Source: a virus
Taxonomy: Duplodnaviria > Caudoviricetes
Reading direction: 5' to 3' (one strand)
DNA length: 33,738 nucleotides
IMG/VR virus record: IMGVR_UViG_3300017909_002082
Location: 1 to 33,738 of that record
Shown piece after piece: positions 27,567-33,738 of this stretch; within the stretch, counting starts at the first letter, position 1, and each line of letters starts with the position of its first letter. The position numbers and the translations under genes were made by a program. The notes below the pieces were generated by a model. That model worked only from the letters and a program-made list of their open reading frames with translations. It had not been told where the DNA came from and searched no databases.

Positions 27567-27991
27567 TCTGATCTACTATTGAACATGTGTATATTTAACA
27601 TGTCACTACCAAGCCAGCTAAACGTTGCTTTCTTCAGAGGCAAGTCAGATGGCATAGATGTAGTCAGAACAACGGGCACAGACATACCAGGTAGATTGAA
27701 AGCCATTATTAGCTCTTTTCCTTTAGTAACCTGTATAACACCAGGCAAGGCACCTGCCCTAGTAGCACTAGGTATGCCGATCGCCATGCGAGTCATAGAG
27801 TTTTCTTCTTTTGTTAGGATATCAAGTGTGTGTAGTACCCAGAGGCAGTTACTTTTTTGACCAGCAAGGTAATAAACACTTTGCTTAGGAATAACAATCT
27901 CTATTTTGGGTTCTCTATTGGCAAGGTAATAGATTGCAGCAGTTAGCACGGCTGCTGTTGCTAGTAGAAAGATATTAGATTTTCTAAGCAT
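27539..27991 (-). CDS. Hypothetical membrane-anchored/secreted protein
   Basis: N-terminal MLRKSN followed by hydrophobic IFLLATAAVLTAAIYYLA; operon context. Confidence 0.7.
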   Translation of the reverse strand: MLRKSNIFLLATAAVLTAAIYYLANREPKIEIVIPKQSVYYLAGQKSNCLWVLHTLDILTKEENSMTRMAIGIPSATRAGALPGVIQVTKGKELIMAFNLPGMSVPVVLTTSMPSDLPLKKATFSWLGSDMLNIHMFNSRSECLESVQNK

Positions 27992-28006
27992 CTAAATACG
28001 ATAAAC

Positions 28007-28291
28007 TTACTTGCCACTATAAGTTATAAATGGTAGTTTAGTTATCTCCTCTCGTAAAGGCTTGGATTTCTCTATGTTCAAAAGAGACTTGCCCTTTACA
28101 AGAGTAACTAGTACTTGATTTTGAATCTTAATGTCCTTTTCGGTGTATTTCCAGCCACCTTTTGTGGCTTCTTCCCATACTTCCTGGATAATTTGAGCAC
28201 CTGCATCGCTTGGTCCTGCATCGTTTGCTAGTGCGGCTGTTGGTGCGAGAAGAAAGAAACTAAAACTAAATAAAACGCTCTTATAAATCAT
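28007..28291 (-). CDS. Small secreted protein (signal peptide, DAGPSDAG linker)
   Basis: Signal peptide ending ALA; ANDAGPSDAGA follows. Confidence 0.7.
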   Translation of the reverse strand: MIYKSVLFSFSFFLLAPTAALANDAGPSDAGAQIIQEVWEEATKGGWKYTEKDIKIQNQVLVTLVKGKSLLNIEKSKPLREEITKLPFITYSGK

Positions 28292-28340
28292 AACTTGTTA
28301 GATTCCTAGTTTATTTTATGGACAAAAGCCCAAATTCACC

Positions 28341-28381
28341 TGTAACTAGTAAACGAAACCTTAAAACGCCTCATATTTACT
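28341..28381. promoter_or_regulatory. Divergent pair of late-type motifs
   Basis: ACTAGTTACA on the minus strand (28341-50) faces the secreted-protein operon; CATATTTACT on the plus strand (28372-81) faces the protease gene. Confidence 0.45.
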
Positions 28382-28383
28382 GT

Positions 28384-29247
28384 ATGAGTACTAAGAAAGC
28401 AATACGCAATTTGGTTTACTTTATAGTTCTATTACAAGTTGGCTGTTCAACAACCAGCGCAAGTTCTCCGAAGCATCCAGTTAGATCTGCGCAGACACCT
28501 GTCAGCGAGAGAATGCCAAAGGAATCTTTCTTCAAGTTTCAGGTCGCCCAGGCAATTGAAGCTTGTATGAATTTGACGGATGACAAGAGAAAGTGTACAG
28601 TTGGTGTCGTGAAGCACACTTCATCAGGAGCCTTCATTGGTATAAGCGAAGTGAATAACGATATTGCATACGGCCTTACGGCGGGACACTCTTGTGAAGA
28701 TAAGTTTACTAAGAAGTCATCAAGCACAGTTGCCTTTAAGGTAGTTTCTGCTGATTATGTCACACTAATGTTTAATGGCAAGCTTAGAAGTGCAGAGATC
28801 ATTAGTTATGATATGAAGTCAGACTTGTGCTTGTTACGCATCAGCGGCTTCAAGGGTAATAGACCATCCTTCCTAAAGATAGCCAAGAACTTTCCCAAGT
28901 GGGGAGAGAAAGTGTATAACATGGCAGCACCCAGAGGAATATTTAATCCAGGTATGCTGTTACTGTTTGATGGTTACTACTCTGGTATAGGCTTTGATAA
29001 CTATATGTTCTTTACACTGCCAACAAAACCAGGATCAAGTGGTTCGCCTATTATGAATGCCAAGGGAGAACTAGTATCAATGATCTTTGCTGGTTTCCCA
29101 GCGATGGAGAACATTGGACTTGGCTCTAACCTTACAGCCATAAAGACTTTTGTCACTAACAAGATAGCTCTTTCAGAGGCTGACCTTTGGGCAAAGAAAA
29201 ACCTCAATCAAAATAAAACAGAGACTACTACAACAGAGCCCAAATAA
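28384..29247 (+). CDS. Trypsin-like (S1, HtrA/DegS-like, PDZ-less) serine protease, lipoprotein
   Basis: Triad TAGHSC / DLCLL / PGSSGSP; starting at ATG 28384 gives signal peptide MSTKKAIRNLVYFIVLLQVGC with a lipobox. Confidence 0.88.
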   Translation: MSTKKAIRNLVYFIVLLQVGCSTTSASSPKHPVRSAQTPVSERMPKESFFKFQVAQAIEACMNLTDDKRKCTVGVVKHTSSGAFIGISEVNNDIAYGLTAGHSCEDKFTKKSSSTVAFKVVSADYVTLMFNGKLRSAEIISYDMKSDLCLLRISGFKGNRPSFLKIAKNFPKWGEKVYNMAAPRGIFNPGMLLLFDGYYSGIGFDNYMFFTLPTKPGSSGSPIMNAKGELVSMIFAGFPAMENIGLGSNLTAIKTFVTNKIALSEADLWAKKNLNQNKTETTTTEPK

Positions 29248-29264
29248 ATGATAGACTACCAGTT

Positions 29265-29735
29265 ATGGACAGAGAAAGACAAGCCTGGCAAGAAATAAAA
29301 GATAATGCCTATGAGTCTATAAATGATTCACAGGTGTACGAGTATGATCTTCACCCTAGACCAACCGCCCAGCCAAACTATATTACTGCATTTATTTGGA
29401 CAGTTATAGTTGCAGCTATGGTGTGTGCAATCTACACAGGCTTCCTACTGTTTTTGTTTAGTCAGAGTGGCATTGAAGATAATCTAAAGAGCGCCGCCAA
29501 TCACGCTATTATCAATTTAGAAAGAGTGATAGAAAGCCAGAACAAAGAAATTAAGTTACTCAGGCAACAGAACAAAAAGATACATGATTACTTGGAACTC
29601 TGGACACCACTAGATCTTCAGAAGCAAAGAGAGATGTACGAAGGCAAAGACAAATCTCGTATAGAAGATAGCTTGTGGGATCTTGGTGCAGAGCTACCTC
29701 TGCACTATAATCTTTGCCAGGAGGAGCCGCTATGA
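29265..29735 (+). CDS. Single-pass membrane protein with extracytoplasmic coiled coil
   Basis: About 38-aa polar N-tail, TM YITAFIWTVIVAAMVCAIYTGFLLFLF, then heptad-like NLERVIESQNKEIKLLRQQNKKIHDYL. Confidence 0.75.
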   Translation: MDRERQAWQEIKDNAYESINDSQVYEYDLHPRPTAQPNYITAFIWTVIVAAMVCAIYTGFLLFLFSQSGIEDNLKSAANHAIINLERVIESQNKEIKLLRQQNKKIHDYLELWTPLDLQKQREMYEGKDKSRIEDSLWDLGAELPLHYNLCQEEPL

Positions 29736-30532
29736 TTTTATTGCTAGCAATTCTTATAGGTTTAATTTTTATACACGAGATGGGGCACTATGTTGCTGGT
29801 CGCCTCAGCGGCTTTGGTATTGAAGAGTTTTCAATTGGCTTTGGTAGAGAACTAGCCAGCTTTAATGCTCTAGGCAATAAATGGAGTCTCAGGCTTATTC
29901 CACTTGGTGGTTATGTAAAGTTTGAAGGTGAGGACGACTATGCTAACCTAGCTGAAAGCAAAACCTCATTCTGGGGTAAGCATCCTCTACAGAGATTATT
30001 TGTTGCGCTTGCAGGACCAGCAGCCAATTTGCTTTTACCTTATGCCTTGTTCTTTGTCTACTTTCATGGTATGCCTTGGCCAGATGTCAAAGCACCTGAT
30101 GGATCGGAAGCAGGAACCATTAGCGCCTATTGGGCAGCGAAAGCTAGCGTAGCAACAACAAATAATATGTATTCTAGCATTGGTGACGCCATCAGTCAGC
30201 TTGGTGATCGTGGTATTAAAGCTACAGATGTTGGCGGACCAGTTGCAATATACGACATGACAGAACAAGCTAGGAAGCAATCATCAAATACAAATGACTA
30301 TGGCTTCCTATATCAATGGATTGCGTTCCTGAGCATAAACATAGGCTTTATGAATTTGTTACCTATTCCTTTACTAGACGGCGGACATGTGATAATATCT
30401 ATTGTGGAAACAGTTATGGGTAGGAATATTAATCTTAGGACGAGAAACATACTAACATACGCTGGTTTGGCTATTGTGGGAGCTATTATGGCTCTGGCGA
30501 TATTCTCTGACATAGGAAGACTATTCTCTTAA
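29732..30532 (+). CDS. Site-2 intramembrane metalloprotease (M50, RseP-like, PDZ-less)
   Basis: HExxH (FIHEMGH), EFSIGFG, LIPLGGYVK, AGPAAN, GGPVAI, NLLPIPLLDGGH; ATG 29732 overlaps the upstream stop (ATGA) with a GGAGG SD. Confidence 0.93.
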   Translation: MILLLAILIGLIFIHEMGHYVAGRLSGFGIEEFSIGFGRELASFNALGNKWSLRLIPLGGYVKFEGEDDYANLAESKTSFWGKHPLQRLFVALAGPAANLLLPYALFFVYFHGMPWPDVKAPDGSEAGTISAYWAAKASVATTNNMYSSIGDAISQLGDRGIKATDVGGPVAIYDMTEQARKQSSNTNDYGFLYQWIAFLSINIGFMNLLPIPLLDGGHVIISIVETVMGRNINLRTRNILTYAGLAIVGAIMALAIFSDIGRLFS

Positions 30533-30534
30533 CA

Positions 30535-30544
30535 ACTATTTATT
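30535..30544 (+). promoter_or_regulatory. Putative late-promoter motif (ACTATTTATT)
   Basis: ACTANTTA directly upstream of an AGGAG SD. Confidence 0.55.
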
Positions 30545-30561
30545 AGTCAGGAGACGTGCAC

Positions 30562-30927
30562 ATGTCTGAAACAAACAACGAAAATGAAAAGCAGGAAGAA
30601 GTCACTGACGACTTAATTCCTAAACCACCACCAAAGCTTGCACCTAGAGGCATCACTAGCTTCACCGTTTATAGAACACAGGATGAAACTGGTGTGTCTG
30701 GAGAGGGCGTAGTAATTGAGGGTGTTGTGATGGCAACAGGTCAATGTGTTGTCCACTGGCTCTACCCACCACCTCGTGGAGGTATTGCCATCTTTGATAG
30801 CATGAGTGACTTTGTGAAGGTTCACATCCAGCCGCACCCAGCTAATCAAACTATCATCACATATCAAGACGGTCACAAAGAAGTATACGGCGAGAAGCCT
30901 GAAGAAGATCAAAAAGAAGAGTCTTGA
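30562..30927 (+). CDS. Conserved-type hypothetical protein (DETGVSGEGVVIEG motif)
   Basis: Gly-rich R..DETGVSG.G.V.EGV...G..V..W motif; ATG 30562 is best spaced from AGGAG. Confidence 0.75.
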   Translation: MSETNNENEKQEEVTDDLIPKPPPKLAPRGITSFTVYRTQDETGVSGEGVVIEGVVMATGQCVVHWLYPPPRGGIAIFDSMSDFVKVHIQPHPANQTIITYQDGHKEVYGEKPEEDQKEES

Positions 30928-30952
30928 CATTAAACACAATTTAATCTATAAT
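30924..30952 (+). promoter_or_regulatory. Consensus sigma70 promoter TTGACA-N17-TATAAT
   Basis: Perfect -35 (30924-29), 17-nt spacer, perfect -10 (30947-52) upstream of dnaE. Confidence 0.9.
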
Positions 30953-30979
30953 ACAGTCACAGGATAGAAAGGTTCCTAT

Positions 30980-33738
30980 ATGACTAAACGTATCGTTAGC
31001 AAGATCCCGTTTGTGGGTCTTCATGCTCACTCTGGTCTTAGTGTATTTGATGGCTTAGGTATGCCAAGCGAGCATATGGACTTTGCCTATGAGAATGGCT
31101 TAGATGCACATGCACTAACAGATCATGGGCATATGAATGGCTTGTCGTTCCAAGTAGAACACGCTAAGAAGATGTTGGCAGATGGGCGCAAGCTCAAGCC
31201 TATCTTTGGTTGTGAGGCATACTTTATTAAGTCACACAAGAAGTGGCGGCAGATGTATGAAGAGCACAAAGCCAATTCAAAGCGGCAGAAGAAAGAAGAT
31301 TATGGGATGGTTATTGAGGATGAGAATGCCTCAAAGTCAAAGCGCCACAATCCATTAAATACCAGACGACATCTCGTAACAGTCGCACAGAACCACACAG
31401 GTTTGAACAATCTCTTCAAACTTATTTCAGACAGTTATCGTCCCGAAAATTTTTACCGTTACCCCCGTATTGACTTTGAGATGTTGGACAAATACAACGA
31501 GGGGCTCATTGTTACTTCGGCTTGTTTGGGTGGTCCTCTTGCAGGCGACTTTTGGCAGCACAGGGAATCAGGGCACCAAGCAGTCCTAGCAGCGATGAAG
31601 GATACGATTGCACAGTTCAAGGAGATCTTCGGCGACAGATTTTACGGGGAGATCCAATGGAACAACATTGAAGAGCAGCACCTAGTTAATGACTTTATTA
31701 TCCAAGCATGTATTGAGATGGGTGTAGAAGTTGTTAGCACAGCAGACAGTCACTACCCAAGGCCCGACCTATGGAAGGATCGGGAGATGTATAAGCGCAT
31801 TGGGTGGGCAGGTAAAGCGCCTGCTTGGGAAGAGAATGCTAACTTGCTGCCAGAGAGTGTAGATGACATTGGCTACGAGTTGTATCCAAAGAACGGTGAC
31901 CAGATGTGGGAATCGTATCTTAAGTATTCAAAGCAGTCTAAGATTGAGTACAGCGACTCCTATGTGCGAGACAGTATTGAGCGCACACACCACATTGCCT
32001 TTGATCGCATTGAAGACTTCCTGCCCAGCACCGAAGTTCGTCTGCCAGAGTTTGTGATCCCAGAGGGCACTACAGCAATCCAAGCATTGACCAAGGATGC
32101 TTTGGCAGGGCTAAAAGATAAAGAGTTAACAGACCAAGTGTATGTTGACAGGCTCAAGTACGAACTGTCGGTTATTAAGGACCGAGGCTTTGCCCAGTAC
32201 TTCCTAACAATGAAAGCGATCTCGGACAAAGCACAAGAGGATATGCTTGTTGGGCTAGGTCGTGGATCAGCGGCAGGCTCTCTACTATCTTATGTGCTAG
32301 ACATTACACAGGTTGACCCAATCAAGTATGGGTTGCAGTTTGAGAGATTCTTGACCAAAGGTGGCGCAGGGTACCCCGACATTGACTTTGATGTTGAAGA
32401 GCCTATGGAGTTGAAAGAGCGCCTAGCAAGTGAGTGGGGTGAGACTACAGTCGTGCCTATCAGCAACTTCAACACACTCCAACTTCGTTCGCTTATTAAA
32501 GACATTGGCAAGTTCTATGGCGTGCCGTTTACAGAAGTGAACAAAGTGACAAGCGTGATGATGGCGGAGGCTACGCCTAAAGCTAAAGCAGCACACGGGC
32601 AGACGGCAGGCGTTTATACCCCTACGTTTGATGAGGTAAAAGAATATAGTGAAACGCTACAGGCATTCTTTGAAAAGTATCCCGCAATTGCTACGCACGT
32701 TGATAACCTCTTCGGTAATGTTCGTAGTGTGAGTAGGCACGCTGGTGGCGTTGTGGTGGCAGAGAACCTAGACAGGCACATGCCACTAATCAACTCGGGT
32801 GGGGTGATGCAGACTCCATGGAGTGAGGGGCAGAACGTTCGTCACTTAGAGCCGCTTGGGTTCATTAAGTTTGACTTGCTAGGACTATCAACACTGCGGA
32901 TGATCTCGGGTGCCATTCGGCACATCCTCAAGCGGCATCATGGGATTGAAGAGCCTACGTTCAAGCAGGTGAGGGAGTTCTATGATAAGCACTTGCATCC
33001 TAATGTGATTGACTTTGACGACCAGGCAGTCTGGAAGAATATCTTTCATGAGGGCAAGTGGGCAGGCATCTTCCAGATGACTAGTGGACCAGCACAGTCT
33101 TTCTGTCAAGAGGCAAAGCCAGAGTCGCTTATGGACTTTGCAGCTATTACGGCAATCTTCCGTCCTGGCCCGCTGTCTGCTAAGGCAGACAAGATGTATA
33201 TTGCAAACAAGGGTAATCCAACACAGGTGACCTATGACCATCCTCTTATTGAAGAAGTGTTGGGTGATACGTATGGGCTACTGGTGTTCCAGGAACAGTT
33301 GGCTATGTTGGCTCACAAGCTGGGAGATGACTTCTCACTAGACGAGGGTAACCTTCTCCGCAAAGTTCTCACTAAGAAGGGCACGGGCAAAGACAAAGTA
33401 AAAGATAATCTCTACAACAAGTTCCTTAAGGGATGCAAGGACAAAGGTCTAGCAGAGGACAAAGCCAAGGACTTGTGGTCTAAGATGGAATACTTCTCAG
33501 GCTATGGCTTCAACCTGTCACATGCCGTGTCCTATGGGGCAGTGTCCTTCCAGTGCGCTTGGCTAGCACACTATTACTCTACCGAGTGGATGGCAGCATT
33601 CCTTGACAAAGAACCAGAGAAGCGTAAGATGGCAGCGATCAACACAGCCAAGTCCTTTGGGTTTGAGATTGTCCCTGCTAGCTTTAACAAGTCAGGGATG
33701 GTTTGGGAGATCTCAGAGGATGGGCAAAAGCTTATCCA
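30980..33738 (+). CDS. dnaE: DNA polymerase III alpha subunit (family C), 3' truncated; absent from ORF track
   Basis: My translation: FVGLHAHS..SVFDG, ALTDHG, GCEAY, GRGSAAGSL.SY.L.IT.VDP, FERFL, YPDIDFD, RHAGGVV, KFDLLGL, FRPGP, GLLVFQEQ, YGFN.SHA..Y; all in one frame. Confidence 0.96.
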   Translation, partial: MTKRIVSKIPFVGLHAHSGLSVFDGLGMPSEHMDFAYENGLDAHALTDHGHMNGLSFQVEHAKKMLADGRKLKPIFGCEAYFIKSHKKWRQMYEEHKANSKRQKKEDYGMVIEDENASKSKRHNPLNTRRHLVTVAQNHTGLNNLFKLISDSYRPENFYRYPRIDFEMLDKYNEGLIVTSACLGGPLAGDFWQHRESGHQAVLAAMKDTIAQFKEIFGDRFYGEIQWNNIEEQHLVNDFIIQACIEMGVEVVSTADSHYPRPDLWKDREMYKRIGWAGKAPAWEENANLLPESVDDIGYELYPKNGDQMWESYLKYSKQSKIEYSDSYVRDSIERTHHIAFDRIEDFLPSTEVRLPEFVIPEGTTAIQALTKDALAGLKDKELTDQVYVDRLKYELSVIKDRGFAQYFLTMKAISDKAQEDMLVGLGRGSAAGSLLSYVLDITQVDPIKYGLQFERFLTKGGAGYPDIDFDVEEPMELKERLASEWGETTVVPISNFNTLQLRSLIKDIGKFYGVPFTEVNKVTSVMMAEATPKAKAAHGQTAGVYTPTFDEVKEYSETLQAFFEKYPAIATHVDNLFGNVRSVSRHAGGVVVAENLDRHMPLINSGGVMQTPWSEGQNVRHLEPLGFIKFDLLGLSTLRMISGAIRHILKRHHGIEEPTFKQVREFYDKHLHPNVIDFDDQAVWKNIFHEGKWAGIFQMTSGPAQSFCQEAKPESLMDFAAITAIFRPGPLSAKADKMYIANKGNPTQVTYDHPLIEEVLGDTYGLLVFQEQLAMLAHKLGDDFSLDEGNLLRKVLTKKGTGKDKVKDNLYNKFLKGCKDKGLAEDKAKDLWSKMEYFSGYGFNLSHAVSYGAVSFQCAWLAHYYSTEWMAAFLDKEPEKRKMAAINTAKSFGFEIVPASFNKSGMVWEISEDGQKLI

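Noticed and set aside
28318-28383. Longer ORF-track starts (28318, 14690, 26038, 29714)
   Set aside because: Downstream ATGs give better signal peptides, SDs or stop-start coupling.
31863-33241. Short ORFs listed in the track over the last 2.7 kb
   Set aside because: All overlap the continuous dnaE frame, which the track missed because it has no stop in the window.
1-33738. Alternative genetic code (stop-codon recoding)
   Set aside because: Genes tile densely under the standard code, and TAA, TAG and TGA all end full-length proteins.
1-33738. CRISPR array, tRNA, integrase, reverse transcriptase/DGR repeats
   Set aside because: Intergenic gaps are all about 130 nt or less; no spaced repeats, cloverleafs or such enzyme motifs were seen by eye.

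Overview
This window is a gene-dense segment of a large, lytic-type contractile-tailed phage (myovirus with a T4 gp23-like capsid), not a bacterial chromosome. 1-16030 is a virion module: capsid C-terminus, neck/head-completion/tail-terminator genes, a 1029-aa sheath, tube, a tail-assembly-chaperone pair apparently joined by a +1/-2 frameshift, tape measure, and baseplate genes. 16063-26310 is a replication/nucleotide module: a minimal exonuclease-less family-A polymerase, a degenerate tubulin/FtsZ-like protein, gp32-like SSB, RecA, Zn-deaminase, stand-alone 5' nuclease, DnaB-like helicase, class II RNR and GroES. 26307-30927 is a divergently transcribed cell-envelope island: a vWA lipoprotein with myxobacterial-type Cys/Asp repeats, a trypsin-like lipoprotein protease, a single-pass coiled-coil protein and an RseP-like M50 intramembrane protease. 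A DnaE (Pol III alpha) gene missing from the ORF track starts at 30980 and runs off the end. Two promoter classes are visible: sigma70-like, and an ACTANTTA late-type motif. The best candidate for an undescribed system is a phage-encoded regulated-intramembrane-proteolysis cassette (site-1-like protease, bitopic substrate, site-2 protease). All family calls come from reading motifs by eye; no database searches were run.
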